The position numbers and the translations under genes were made by a program. 48,839 bases of DNA from positions 1 to 48,839 of the forward strand of contig JBBIOR010000001.1 of the NCBI GenBank assembly GCA_037443265.1. Reading direction: 5' to 3'. Under the pieces are notes generated by a model that did no database searches, was not told where the DNA came from, and saw nothing but the letters and a program-made list of their open reading frames with translations. Each line of letters opens with the position of its first letter. Positions within the stretch are counted from its first letter, which is position 1. This document shows, piece by piece, positions 18,525 through 28,034 of this stretch. The DNA comes from Candidatus Fraserbacteria bacterium (GTDB taxonomy: Bacteria > Bipolaricaulota > Bipolaricaulia > RBG-16-55-9).

Positions 18525-21500
18525 TTACCCATTGAGTGGTTTCTTCCAGCTTGCCTTTAAGGCTTCTAGATTCTCGTGGATGATCTGCCTGCCTTGCAAG
18601 CCAGTCACACGAAACGTAGGGGCTTCTACCGTCACGCCAATCTTGCTCCAAACGCAATCCTTCATCCGTTGCTCAAAGCGCTTCTGGTGCTCCGGCTTCA
18701 CTTCCACCAGAATCCTGGAGGCCGATTCTGCGAAGAGCAGGAAATCATCGCGTGCGAAGCGCTTTGAGGCGGAGACGCTTCTAAGATCCAGCTCCATTCC
18801 CAATCCGCCGGCGAAGGCCATCTCTGCGGCCGCCACAGCCAGCCCCCCCTCGGAACAATCATGACACGCGCGAATCAGCCCCGCTTTCATCGCTTGATGC
18901 AAGGCCCGATAGCGCTTCTTGGCCCCCTTGGCATCGACTTTGGGAACGCCGTTGCCGATGAAGCGTTCTCCCCGTAACTCCTCTCCCATCATCGCAAAAT
19001 ATTCTGAACCACCCAACTCCGCGCGCGTCTCGCCTAGCATATAAATGAGATTGCCCGGCTCTTTGAGATCCATCGTCACGACTCTTTTGATATCTTCGAT
19101 CACGCCAAGGGCCGAGATCAAGATCGTCGGCGGAACAGAGATTTTCACACGCTGGCCATCGAGTTCTCCCTCGAAATCGTTGTGCATGCTGTCTTTCCCT
19201 GAAATAAACGGGGTGCCAAACGCGATGGCGTATTCATAAAGAGCTTGGCAAGCCCGCACCAGCTGGGCGAGCCGAAATTCATCATCGGGGCTGGACCAGC
19301 AGAAATTGTCGAGCACCGCGATTCTTTCGGGATCGGCCCCCACGGCCACGGCATTGCGAATGGCTTCATCCAGAGCCAACGCCGCCATGTGGTACGTGTC
19401 GATGTCCCCATAGTTGGGATTGATCCCGTTGGCCACCACAACACCTCGCCTTGAACCCTTGCGCTGCATCTCCAGGGGCCAGAGGACGGCCGCGTCACTC
19501 GGACCGTCGTTCCCCACCAAGGGCTTTACAACCGTCTGGCCCTGAACCTCGTGGTCGTACTGACGAATCACGTACTCTTTGCTCGCGATGTTGAGTCGTC
19601 CCAGCATCTTGTGGAGGATCTGGCCCAGATCTTTCGGCTGGGGGAACTGGGGTTCTTCAGGCTGAGGGCGCCTCCAGACGGCCCTCAGCTTCTTTTGAGG
19701 ATGGCCCCGCAGCAGAAACTCAACGTCAAGATAGGCAATCGTTCGGCCCTCATAGAGCACGTGAAATCTCCCGCTATCTGTGAACTCTCCCAACACGGTG
19801 GCTTCCACATCGCGCTCTCGGGCTAATTTTAAAAGATCTTCAAGGCGATCAGGAGAGACGGCCAGCGTCATGCGCTCTTGGGATTCGCTGAGCAGAATCT
19901 CCCAGGGATCAAGGCCGGAGTATTTGAGCGGGGCTCGTTCCAGGTGGAGCTGCGCGCCCCCGCAGAGAAGGGCCAGCTCCGCCACAGAACACGACAGCCC
20001 GCCGGCTCCGTTGTCGTGAATCGCTTTATAAAGCCCTCGATCGCGCGCTTCTAAGAGCATATCCATCATGACTTTCTGGACGAAGGGATTTCCGATCTGC
20101 ACAGCAGAAGTCGGGCTTGCTTCCGTAAGGGCATCAGACGAAAAAGTCGCGCCATGGATGCCGTCTTTGCCAATGCGGCCTCCTACCATCACGATGAGAT
20201 CGCCGGCCTCGATCGTCTTCTCATGGGATGGATGAGAATTCAAGCGGGCCGGCATGATGCCCCCCGTGCCACAAAAGACGAGGGGCTTGCCCAAGAAGCG
20301 CTCATCGAAGCGAAGCGCCCCGTTGACCGTGGGGATGCCGCTCTTATTGCCGCCATGCTCGACTCCCCGGCGCACGCCTTCGAAGACACGCTTGGGGTGC
20401 TTTAAGCCCTTCGGCAGAGGCTTCGAGTAGCAGGGATCGGCAAAGCAGAAGACGTCCGTGTTGAAGAGCAGGCGAGAGCCCAACCCCGTTCCCAAAGGGT
20501 CGCGATTGACGCCTACAATTCCCGTAAGAGCCCCGCCATAAGGGTCAAGCGCGGAGGGTGAGTTATGGGTCTCGACTTTGAAGACCAAATTAAATTCTTC
20601 ATCGAGTTTGATGACTCCTGCATTGTCCTCAAAGACTGAGACGAGCCAGGAGATTTGTTTGGAGATCTCGCGCGTCGCGCCCTCAATGAAAGTCTTAAAG
20701 ACGGAGTCGATGATCTCAGTTTTACCCGTCTCCTCGTCGCGATACTCGATGAGCCCTCGAAAGATCTTGTGTTTGCAGTGCTCGCTCCAGTTCTGGGCCA
20801 AAGCTTCCAACTCGACATCTGTGGGAGAATCCGGCAGGCCCAACGATGCGCGTTCTTCCCGCCGGCTGCGAAAATAAGCGCGAATGGCCCGCATCTCTTC
20901 CAGATTGAGGGCCAAGAGTCGTCTTCGGCTGAGCTCGAGTAGCTCTTCATCAGAGACCTCTAGATCGATCGTCTCCACGCGGGGCTTCCGCTCGAGATGG
21001 ACAGCCGGCACGACGATGGGGATCTCTCCATCCCAGCGCGCTCTCTCGTAGATCGAAAAGCGCTCGATCAGCTCGTTGGCTAAAAGCTCTCGGGCGATGC
21101 GTTCGGCCTGGGCCTTCGTCAACTCTCCCTGGATGAGATACTGTCTGGAGCTGAAGGCCTGTATCTCCCTCTGGAGGAGATCTCTGATGGCTCGCTGGGC
21201 TGTCTGGCCCACGCTGTCGGTGACGCCGGGCTTGTAGCCCACTTCGATGAGCAGATCCCACGGGAGCCGGCGGGCCAGCGGCACGTCCACAGAGTAGAGC
21301 TGAACCACAGGGTCGCAGAATAGCTCCTGGGCTAGGCGCACAAGCTCCGGGCGGGTGAGCTCTCCCTCCAGGGTATAGACAGCTACGGTGCGCACCTGCC
21401 GGATCTTTAGGCCCAAATCCGCAAGAATGCGGACCTGGGTGGCGCGTCCGAGCGCGTCCACATAGACAGGCTTATATGAGACTTCAATGCGATGGGCCAT
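18525..21500 (-). CDS. purL: FGAM synthase II with two N-terminal PurS-like domains fused (PurS-PurS-PurL).
   Basis: Residues 1-~80 and ~85-~165 each resemble PurS (MAHRIEVSYKPVYVDALGRATQV...; LLIEVGYKPGVTDSVGQTAQRAIRDL...). The remainder is small-type PurL with two AIRS-like repeats; 991 aa. Confidence 0.8.
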   Translation of the reverse strand: MAHRIEVSYKPVYVDALGRATQVRILADLGLKIRQVRTVAVYTLEGELTRPELVRLAQELFCDPVVQLYSVDVPLARRLPWDLLIEVGYKPGVTDSVGQTAQRAIRDLLQREIQAFSSRQYLIQGELTKAQAERIARELLANELIERFSIYERARWDGEIPIVVPAVHLERKPRVETIDLEVSDEELLELSRRRLLALNLEEMRAIRAYFRSRREERASLGLPDSPTDVELEALAQNWSEHCKHKIFRGLIEYRDEETGKTEIIDSVFKTFIEGATREISKQISWLVSVFEDNAGVIKLDEEFNLVFKVETHNSPSALDPYGGALTGIVGVNRDPLGTGLGSRLLFNTDVFCFADPCYSKPLPKGLKHPKRVFEGVRRGVEHGGNKSGIPTVNGALRFDERFLGKPLVFCGTGGIMPARLNSHPSHEKTIEAGDLIVMVGGRIGKDGIHGATFSSDALTEASPTSAVQIGNPFVQKVMMDMLLEARDRGLYKAIHDNGAGGLSCSVAELALLCGGAQLHLERAPLKYSGLDPWEILLSESQERMTLAVSPDRLEDLLKLARERDVEATVLGEFTDSGRFHVLYEGRTIAYLDVEFLLRGHPQKKLRAVWRRPQPEEPQFPQPKDLGQILHKMLGRLNIASKEYVIRQYDHEVQGQTVVKPLVGNDGPSDAAVLWPLEMQRKGSRRGVVVANGINPNYGDIDTYHMAALALDEAIRNAVAVGADPERIAVLDNFCWSSPDDEFRLAQLVRACQALYEYAIAFGTPFISGKDSMHNDFEGELDGQRVKISVPPTILISALGVIEDIKRVVTMDLKEPGNLIYMLGETRAELGGSEYFAMMGEELRGERFIGNGVPKVDAKGAKKRYRALHQAMKAGLIRACHDCSEGGLAVAAAEMAFAGGLGMELDLRSVSASKRFARDDFLLFAESASRILVEVKPEHQKRFEQRMKDCVWSKIGVTVEAPTFRVTGLQGRQIIHENLEALKASWKKPLNG

Positions 21501-21517
21501 CTCCTTCCTCTCCTGCT

Positions 21518-21546
21518 ACTGTAGTCGCCTCTGCTCCACTTGTCAA
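21518..21546 (-). promoter_or_regulatory. Putative sigma70-type promoter for the pur operon: TTGACA (21546..21541) - N17 - TACAGT (21523..21518).
   Basis: Perfect -35 hexamer and a 4/6 -10 with 17-nt spacing. The leader would be very short (~10 nt, containing GGAAGGAG before the ATG at 21500), which lowers confidence. Confidence 0.3.
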
Positions 21547-21621
21547 AGACGGAGGGGATTGTCAGCTTCCAGGGCATTATGCTAGGATCTGTCCGCCGCC
21601 TCCGGATGGAAGGGAGGAGCT

Positions 21622-22143
21622 ATGATCGCCGCAGGTCTGGCGTTCGTGGTCTTTGCGGCCATCGCCATTGTAGGGATCGTCCTGCTGGTGGCCTCGGCCT
21701 TCTTTGCTGATGATATCGATGCGGCCCCGGAGGTCGAATGGGGTGGCTCGGGCTTCTTGAGCCTCCGCTCGATTGCGGTATTTCTTACGGCCTTCGGCAC
21801 AGTAGGGGCGATCGCCAGCCTCTACAAGCAGCCTCCATTGGCCAGCTCTGTGTATGGGCTGCTCTCGGGCCTTATGATGAGCGGCCTGTACGTGCTGGCC
21901 ATGCGGGTAGTGCGCTCTCAGCAAGCCAGCTCACTCATCGAGGATGAGGAGCTGGTGGGGCTGATCGGGCGCGTGACGGTGCCCATCCCGGCGGAAGGGC
22001 TCGGCGAGGTCAGCTGCCAGCTGAAGGCTCAGAGCACGCGCCGCCTGGCCCGCTCCAAGAGCCATCAGGCCATCCCGGAGGGGGCGATGGTCCGTATCGT
22101 CGAGATGCAGGGAGACGTAGCCGTAGTCGAGAGGCTCAGCTGA
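21622..22143 (+). CDS. NfeD-like membrane protein (OB-fold, flotillin-associated).
   Basis: Two or three N-terminal TM helices plus a C-terminal beta-rich soluble domain. Sits immediately upstream of a flotillin gene, as in the yuaF-yuaG arrangement. Strong SD (GGAGGAG). Confidence 0.65.
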   Translation: MIAAGLAFVVFAAIAIVGIVLLVASAFFADDIDAAPEVEWGGSGFLSLRSIAVFLTAFGTVGAIASLYKQPPLASSVYGLLSGLMMSGLYVLAMRVVRSQQASSLIEDEELVGLIGRVTVPIPAEGLGEVSCQLKAQSTRRLARSKSHQAIPEGAMVRIVEMQGDVAVVERLS

Positions 22144-22175
22144 GCAGAGCCGAAGAAAACAGAGGAGGGATCGGC

Positions 22176-23759
22176 ATGTTCGGTCTAGATTTTACCGGGA
22201 CACTCCTTCCCATTCTGTTAGTGCTGGTGGCGTTGGTGGCCGTGATTGTGGTCATGACGGCCATGCGCAATTACATCAAGGTGCCGCCTAATAAAGTAGC
22301 CGTCTTCTATGGGCGCAAGCATCGGGCTCCCGATGGGCGGATCGTCGGCTTCCGGCTGGTGACGGGCGGGGCGGCCTTGAAGTGGCCCATCGTGGAGGAG
22401 GTGACATATCTGGATCTGACGATCTTCCCCATTGATCTGGATGTGCGGGACGTGCCCAACAAAGACGGGGTGCTGGTGAGCGTCCAGGCGGTGGCCAACG
22501 TCAAGATTCGCAGCGATCTTGAGTCGCTTTCGGCCGCGGCTGAGCGCTTCCTGGGGCTGACCCACGAGGAGATCAAGCAGATCGCCTACAAGAACCTGGA
22601 GGGCCATCTGCGCTCGATCGTAGGCCGCTTGACGGTGGAGGAGATCGTGCGGGATCGGGCCAAATTCAATCAGGAAGTACTCACCGAGGCGGCCTCGGAT
22701 CTGGGGAAGATCGGCCTGGGGGTCGACGTCTTAACGATCCAGAAGATCTGGGACAACGAGGGCTATATTGAGGCTTTGGGCAAGCGGCGCACCGCGGAAG
22801 TCAAACGGGATGCGCGCATTGGGGAAGCAGTAGCCGAGCGCGAGGCGATCATCAGCTCGACCACGGCCATCCGTGAGGCCAAGGAGCGGGAGAACGAGAA
22901 TCTAGCCCTCATCGCCCAGGCGGAGAAGGAGCGCGATGTCAAGAAGGCCCAATTTGAGGCGGAGGTGCTTTCCCAGCAGGCGCGGGCCCGCCAGGCTGGA
23001 CCGCTGGCCGAAGCCCAAGCCCGCCAACAAGTCGTCCAAGAGGAAGTACAAGTCGAGTATCTGCGCACCAAAAAACTCACTGAGGTCGCCGAGGCCGAGG
23101 CCGTTCGGCGGGAGAGGCAGCTGCTGGCTGAGGTCGTCAAGCCGGCGGAGGCTTACAAGCAGCAAGTGATCCTGCAGGCCGAAGCGGCCAAGCAGAAGGA
23201 GATCCTCGAAGCCGAAGGGCGTAAGACGGCGATCATCGTCATTGCCGATGCCGAGAAGCAGAGGCTCGCCCTAGAGGGCCTAGGCGAGGCCGATGCGCTG
23301 CGGGCCAAGCTCCTTGCAGAAGCCGAGGGCGCCAAGGCGAAACTGCTCGCCGAGGCCGAAGGCACACGCGCTAAGCTCCTAGCCGAAGCCGAAGGAGTCA
23401 GAGCTAAGCTCCTGGCCGAAGCCGAGGGCGCGCTCAGAAAGGCCGAGGCCTTCGCCAAGCTCGACGAATCCGCCAAGATGATGCTGGTGCTCGAGCGCTT
23501 CCCGGAGGTGATCAAGGCCTTCGCTCCGGTGGCCGGGGCCGTAGCTGCCCCCTTGGGCAACATCGATAAGCTCGTGATGGTCGATGGCGGCTCCGCAGAT
23601 GGAGCCAACACCCTCAATCGCCTGGCCAATACCGTGCCTACCATGATCTTCAATGTGATGCAGACCGCCCAAGCGCTCGGCCTGGACCTGAGCGGGCTCC
23701 TGAGCAAGCTCGGGATCCGAGAGGGTCCCGAGGGCCGAGGGCACCCCAAAGCAGAATGA
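22176..23759 (+). CDS. Flotillin-like SPFH/band-7 protein with C-terminal Ala/Glu coiled-coil repeats.
   Basis: N-terminal TM, SPFH domain (KVAVFYGRKH...VLVSVQAVANVKI), long EA-rich coiled coil including four AKLLAEAEGxR repeats; 527 aa. Confidence 0.8.
   Translation: MFGLDFTGTLLPILLVLVALVAVIVVMTAMRNYIKVPPNKVAVFYGRKHRAPDGRIVGFRLVTGGAALKWPIVEEVTYLDLTIFPIDLDVRDVPNKDGVLVSVQAVANVKIRSDLESLSAAAERFLGLTHEEIKQIAYKNLEGHLRSIVGRLTVEEIVRDRAKFNQEVLTEAASDLGKIGLGVDVLTIQKIWDNEGYIEALGKRRTAEVKRDARIGEAVAEREAIISSTTAIREAKERENENLALIAQAEKERDVKKAQFEAEVLSQQARARQAGPLAEAQARQQVVQEEVQVEYLRTKKLTEVAEAEAVRRERQLLAEVVKPAEAYKQQVILQAEAAKQKEILEAEGRKTAIIVIADAEKQRLALEGLGEADALRAKLLAEAEGAKAKLLAEAEGTRAKLLAEAEGVRAKLLAEAEGALRKAEAFAKLDESAKMMLVLERFPEVIKAFAPVAGAVAAPLGNIDKLVMVDGGSADGANTLNRLANTVPTMIFNVMQTAQALGLDLSGLLSKLGIREGPEGRGHPKAE
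23301..23432 (+). repeat. 4 x 33-nt tandem coding repeats (RAKLLAEAEGx) within the flotillin gene.
   Basis: Read directly: cgggccaagctccttgcagaagccgagggcgcc / aaggcgaaactgctcgccgaggccgaaggcaca / cgcgctaagctcctagccgaagccgaaggagtc / agagctaagctcctggccgaagccgagggcgcg. Confidence 0.7.
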
Positions 23760-23771
23760 AACGGGGCGAGA

Positions 23772-24260
23772 ATGCCTGAGTTCGTCTATAGCTCTGAGGA
23801 ATCCTTCGAGGAGGTGGACAGCTCTGCACTGGTCATCGCCTGCAGCGGTCACGCCTGGCTTCCCTACGTGCGCGAGTTTCTGGCAAAGCTGGGGCTACCC
23901 GAAGGCCGCTACGACCTGCTCGCCGTGCCGGGTGGCCCACAGTTCCTGCTCCTTACGGAGTATCTGCCCAAGTTCGCCTGGGTGGGCCAAAGATGGGTCA
24001 AGTTCCTGAGCGCACGCCATCAGCTCAAGAGAATCATCGCCATCTCGCATGAGGACTGCGCCTGGTACAGCGACGAACGTCTAATCCCGGCATTTCTGCA
24101 GAAGTACGGCCGGCTCGAGAGATCGCTTAAAGAGCAGCAGCAGGAAGATCTACGTGCCATCGCCGAGGCGCTTCACAGCCTCCTGCCTGCCATGGCGATC
24201 GAGGCCTACTATGCCAGCAAAGGCACAGATGGCCATGTGCAGTTCCTAAGAGTTGTGTAG
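23772..24260 (+). CDS. Hypothetical protein (162 aa), probably co-transcribed with nfeD-flotillin. Carries beta-carbonic-anhydrase-like Cys/His motifs (speculative).
   Basis: 12-nt gap after the flotillin stop. Motifs LVIACSGHAWLP and IIAISHEDCAWY resemble the beta-CA CxDxR and HxxC zinc-ligand motifs, but lack the Asp/Arg dyad. Confidence 0.45.
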   Translation: MPEFVYSSEESFEEVDSSALVIACSGHAWLPYVREFLAKLGLPEGRYDLLAVPGGPQFLLLTEYLPKFAWVGQRWVKFLSARHQLKRIIAISHEDCAWYSDERLIPAFLQKYGRLERSLKEQQQEDLRAIAEALHSLLPAMAIEAYYASKGTDGHVQFLRVV

Positions 24261-25394
24261 CTAGCGGAGGCGATAGATCACGCCTCGGCTGTAGTCGGCC
24301 ACATAGAGCTCGCCCTCTTCATCTTCGCCGAAGGTGCTGATCGAAAAGCCCGTATTGAGAATTTCAATGGCCGACCAGTGGCCGTCGTTGTCTTGAGAGG
24401 CCGCCCAGATCCGCCCGGAGCAGAAATCCCCATAGAAGTAGATCCCATAAAGATTGGGGCTCGCCCGGCCCCGATAGCGATACCCTCCCGTAATCGAACA
24501 GCCCAGTGAGTGATCATATTCGAGAATGGGCAGCACGAGCGTTCCGTCGTTACAGTCCGTTTGGGGATTGAAGCAGTGGCTCCCTTCCATGCGTCGCCAG
24601 CCGTAGTTCTCGCCTCCGCGGCTTGTGGCCGGCTGAAGATTCACTTCCTCCCAGCGATTCTGCCCCACGTCGGCGATGAAGAGATCTCCCGTAAGGCGAT
24701 CGAAGCTGAAGCGCCAGGGGTTTCTCAGCCCCAGCGCCCAGATCTCAGAGCGCGCTTCTGCGTCATCCAAAAAGGGGTTATCGGGAGGAATGTCATAAAG
24801 AAGCCCATCGTTCGTGTTGTTGTTGCTCACGTCGAGGCGCAGCATCTTGCCCAGAAGAGATTTGGGATTCTGGGCGTTGTTTTGCGGATCTCCCGCGCTG
24901 CCCCCATCACCCATCCCAATGTAGAGGAAGCCATCGGGACCGAACTGGAGCTGGCCACCGTTGTGATTAGCAAAGGGCTGATCGATCGTGAGCAAGATCT
25001 CTGCAGAAGAAGGATCGGCCCTATTGGGATTGGCCGAGACGGAGTAGCGGGCGATGACCGTATCGCCGTGGGCGTCGGTGTAATTGGCGTAGAAGAAGCC
25101 ATTCTTCTCATAGTCGGGATCGAAGGCCACGCTCAAGAGCCCGCGTTCGCCGCAGCAGGAGACGAGCGGAGCCATATCGAGAAAGGGCTCAGGCAGAACG
25201 CGTCGGCCATCGTAGATCACAATCTGTCCTTCTTGCAGCGTGAGGAAGAGTCGCCCTGAGCCATCGCCCGCGTGGGTAATGGCCACAGGTCTCTCTAATC
25301 CCGTGATGATCTCCTCCAACGTGATGGCAGGAGAAGTCCGAACGACCTCAAACCCCATCAATAGGCAAAGAGTAAGAATGGCTATACTTCGCAT
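24261..25394 (-). CDS. Secreted PQQ-dependent soluble sugar (glucose/sorbosone) dehydrogenase, beta-propeller fold.
   Basis: Signal peptide. Motifs GLERPVAI, LLSVAFDPDY, NHNGGQLQFGPDGFLYIGMGDGG and GLRNPWRFSFD typical of the sGDH/HHIP-like family. Confidence 0.7.
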   Translation of the reverse strand: MRSIAILTLCLLMGFEVVRTSPAITLEEIITGLERPVAITHAGDGSGRLFLTLQEGQIVIYDGRRVLPEPFLDMAPLVSCCGERGLLSVAFDPDYEKNGFFYANYTDAHGDTVIARYSVSANPNRADPSSAEILLTIDQPFANHNGGQLQFGPDGFLYIGMGDGGSAGDPQNNAQNPKSLLGKMLRLDVSNNNTNDGLLYDIPPDNPFLDDAEARSEIWALGLRNPWRFSFDRLTGDLFIADVGQNRWEEVNLQPATSRGGENYGWRRMEGSHCFNPQTDCNDGTLVLPILEYDHSLGCSITGGYRYRGRASPNLYGIYFYGDFCSGRIWAASQDNDGHWSAIEILNTGFSISTFGEDEEGELYVADYSRGVIYRLR

Positions 25395-25409
25395 CGCGCT
25401 CGCTCCTCC

Positions 25410-26078
25410 TCAAGAAGAGATGATCTGCCCATCGCGGATCTGCATTATGCGATCCGCTCGCTTGGCGATAGCCTCATCGTGAGTGACCAAGATGAGCGTC
25501 GTCCCGCGCTGGCGGTTGATCTCTGTGAGCAATTCGAGAACCTGCTCAGCACTCTTGGAGTCGAGATTGCCTGTGGGTTCATCCGCCAGGGCGATCTGTG
25601 GGTCATTGGCCAGCGCGCGGGCTACGGCCACTCTCTGCCGCTCCCCGCCCGATAGCTCCGCCGGCAGGCGATGAGATTTTCCATCCAGGCCGACCCGCTG
25701 CAACAGCCCCAGGGCCCGCTCCCGTGCCTTTCGCTTGGAGATCCCCAACTCAAACATAGGGATGAGCACGTTTTCCAAGGCCGTAAGAGTTGGGATGAGA
25801 TTATGCAGCTGAAAGACGAAGCCGACCACCCGGGCGCGGAAATCTGAGAAATCGCGCCTCTCGCTCAGATCTGTGCCTGCCACCCAGATCCGGCCTGAGT
25901 CAGGATGATCGAGAGCGCCGATCATGTTGAGAAGCGTCGATTTCCCGCTGCCCGAGGGCCCACAAATCGCCACAAACTCGCCCCTCTCAATCTGCAGGCT
26001 CACCCCCTGGAGAGCCTGAGTTCGTCCCTGCTCATACGTCTTTAGGAGATTTTCTATAATGACGATGGGCTCACTCAT
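25410..26078 (-). CDS. ABC transporter ATP-binding protein (MacB/LolD/FtsE-type).
   Basis: Walker A (GPSGSGKST), signature LSGGERQRVAVARAL, Walker B (LADEPTGNLD), H-loop. Confidence 0.85.
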   Translation of the reverse strand: MSEPIVIIENLLKTYEQGRTQALQGVSLQIERGEFVAICGPSGSGKSTLLNMIGALDHPDSGRIWVAGTDLSERRDFSDFRARVVGFVFQLHNLIPTLTALENVLIPMFELGISKRKARERALGLLQRVGLDGKSHRLPAELSGGERQRVAVARALANDPQIALADEPTGNLDSKSAEQVLELLTEINRQRGTTLILVTHDEAIAKRADRIMQIRDGQIISS

Positions 26079-27237
26079 AGCGCAGCGCGGCCGTAGGCGT
26101 GATGCGTGAGGCCCGCCAGGCCGGATAGAGACCGCCCGCTAAGCCCACTCCCAACGCGATCCCCAACGCTTGCAAGAAGAGCGGGAGTGAATACGCCAGG
26201 GCAATCAGGCCCTTTGCCCAAGGGAGGAGCAAGAGGCCATTCACGGCCAGAACGCCCGCGGCAAATCCGACGCCCGCGGCCAAGAGCGCGATAGCCAGCG
26301 ACTCACCCAAAATCAGGTTCAAGATGCGCCAGCGCCTCCAGCCTACGGCCCTTAAGATGCCAATCTCACGGGTGCGCTCGTAGACGGCCATGATCATCGT
26401 GTTCAGCACGCCGATGCCTCCGATCAGAAGAGCCAGCAGTGACACCGCCCAGCTGACCGCGCGCATGATCCCCAGACTCCTCACGACTCTTTGAGATTCT
26501 TCCACGGAGCGCATCGTGACCAGCTCATTGGGATAGCGCCTTTCAATCTCGCGTGCCACCGCTTCCACCGAGGCTTCTGGAGTCACTTTGACTAAGATTC
26601 CTGCAACCTCCCCCTGACGGCGCTGCCAGGCCTGCAGCGTCCTCAAAGCCAGAAAAGCTCCGCCGTCCTCCCAGACGTTGCCCGTCTCATAGATCCCGAC
26701 GATGCGAAAGGAGCGACCGCTGATCGTGACCCTCTCCCCAGCGCGAACTTTCGCGCTCAGGGCCGCTGTCTTCCCAAAGAGGATCTCATCCTCCGAGTCT
26801 GGGGGAAACGCTCGACCTTCGATGAGGCGAACTCCGACGAATAAAAGATCCTCCGGATGGACGCCGATGAGCACAAAGTAGGGATTCGTCTGGAAGCGGG
26901 CCAAGGTGAAGAGCACGCCCACGGCCCGCTCGACTCCCGTAAGATCCCGGATCTCCGTTAACTTACTCTCCTCGATCACGCTGAAGAGGATGGCCGGAGC
27001 CTGAGCGTTGACGATGCTGAAATCGGCTTGGCCGGAGCGGAGTGTGGCCCCGAGGCTCTGCTCGAAGCCGTTCATCACCAGCCCCAAGGCGAGAATCGTC
27101 GCCACCCCCAGGCTCACCCCAAGGAGGGTGAGCAGATTACGGATCTTCTGGCGCCAGAGGTTTTTTAGAATCAGCATCCCGAAAGACATGCGGATCCCAG
27201 AGATGATCGCAGGTTCAGAAGGGCATGTCAAATCCAC
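26071..27237 (-). CDS. ABC transporter permease, FtsX-like (MacB/LolCE family).
   Basis: N-terminal TM, large periplasmic domain, C-terminal 3-TM FtsX domain (ILRAVGWRRWRILNLILGE...). 8-nt overlap with the ATPase gene. Confidence 0.75.
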   Translation of the reverse strand: MDLTCPSEPAIISGIRMSFGMLILKNLWRQKIRNLLTLLGVSLGVATILALGLVMNGFEQSLGATLRSGQADFSIVNAQAPAILFSVIEESKLTEIRDLTGVERAVGVLFTLARFQTNPYFVLIGVHPEDLLFVGVRLIEGRAFPPDSEDEILFGKTAALSAKVRAGERVTISGRSFRIVGIYETGNVWEDGGAFLALRTLQAWQRRQGEVAGILVKVTPEASVEAVAREIERRYPNELVTMRSVEESQRVVRSLGIMRAVSWAVSLLALLIGGIGVLNTMIMAVYERTREIGILRAVGWRRWRILNLILGESLAIALLAAGVGFAAGVLAVNGLLLLPWAKGLIALAYSLPLFLQALGIALGVGLAGGLYPAWRASRITPTAALRYE

Positions 27238-28034
27238 TCCGCTCGGAGGCCTTCCTCCCCCAGTCGAGCTTTCAAGGCCTGAGCTAGGCGACTGAAGGTC
27301 TCCTCTACGCTGCGGCGTTCGCCGCTCATGGCCACCGTGATCTCTAAAATCCCCTCCTCAAAGCCCTTGGGGCGGGACTTTAGATATACTTGCGGCCAAG
27401 CCATCTGAAATTCTTTCAAGAGCGGCGCGATGCGCGACTCATCATTCAGAGCCACAAGGAGCGTCTTCTCCAAATAGAAAGCCTTCCCAAAGAGCGCTTT
27501 AAGGTGCGGCTTAAGGGCATTCTGCCAGATGTCCCTCATCTCCGGGGGCACGCCGGGGAGTGAGATAATCACGGTCTTTTCGTGCTTGAGAAGCACGCCT
27601 GGCGCGGTGCCCACCTGATTGGCCAGGGGGATCGCCCCTCGGGGCAGCCGGGCCATCTTCCTCCGGCTCTCCGTCAACTCCGCCTCATCCATGCGTCTTG
27701 TCGCCACTAGTTCGCGGTAGCGCCTCTCTATCATCGCCAGCGCTTCTGAGCCCTCTTTGAGTGGAACGCCCAACGTCCGAGCCAGCGCCAGAAGCGTCAT
27801 ATCATCGGGGGTTGGGCCTAAGCCGCCTGTTGTGACGATGAGCGCGCGTCCTGCTTGGAGCGCTCGCTTCAACTCCTGCTCAATCGCATTCAGCTCATCA
27901 GGCACGATCGTGCATCGTTGCACCCGGCCTCCCAAGCCCGTGATCTGCCGACAGAGCCAATGGGTATTCGTGTCCTGCACCATGCCCAAGAGCAGCTCAT
28001 TCCCAATCGCGATGATCTCCGCCTCTACGCTCAT
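27228..28034 (-). CDS. CinA-like / MoCF-binding (MogA-like) domain protein.
   Basis: IIAIGNELLLG...IVTTGGLGPTPDDMT, typical of the CinA N-terminal molybdopterin-binding fold; 268 aa. Confidence 0.65.
   Translation of the reverse strand: MSVEAEIIAIGNELLLGMVQDTNTHWLCRQITGLGGRVQRCTIVPDELNAIEQELKRALQAGRALIVTTGGLGPTPDDMTLLALARTLGVPLKEGSEALAMIERRYRELVATRRMDEAELTESRRKMARLPRGAIPLANQVGTAPGVLLKHEKTVIISLPGVPPEMRDIWQNALKPHLKALFGKAFYLEKTLLVALNDESRIAPLLKEFQMAWPQVYLKSRPKGFEEGILEITVAMSGERRSVEETFSRLAQALKARLGEEGLRAEWI

Noticed and set aside
21501-21621. Looked for a purine or ZTP riboswitch upstream of the pur operon
   Set aside because: The candidate promoter leaves only a ~10-nt leader. No conserved riboswitch core sequences (purine three-way junction, ZTP pseudoknot) are present in the 120-bp divergent region.
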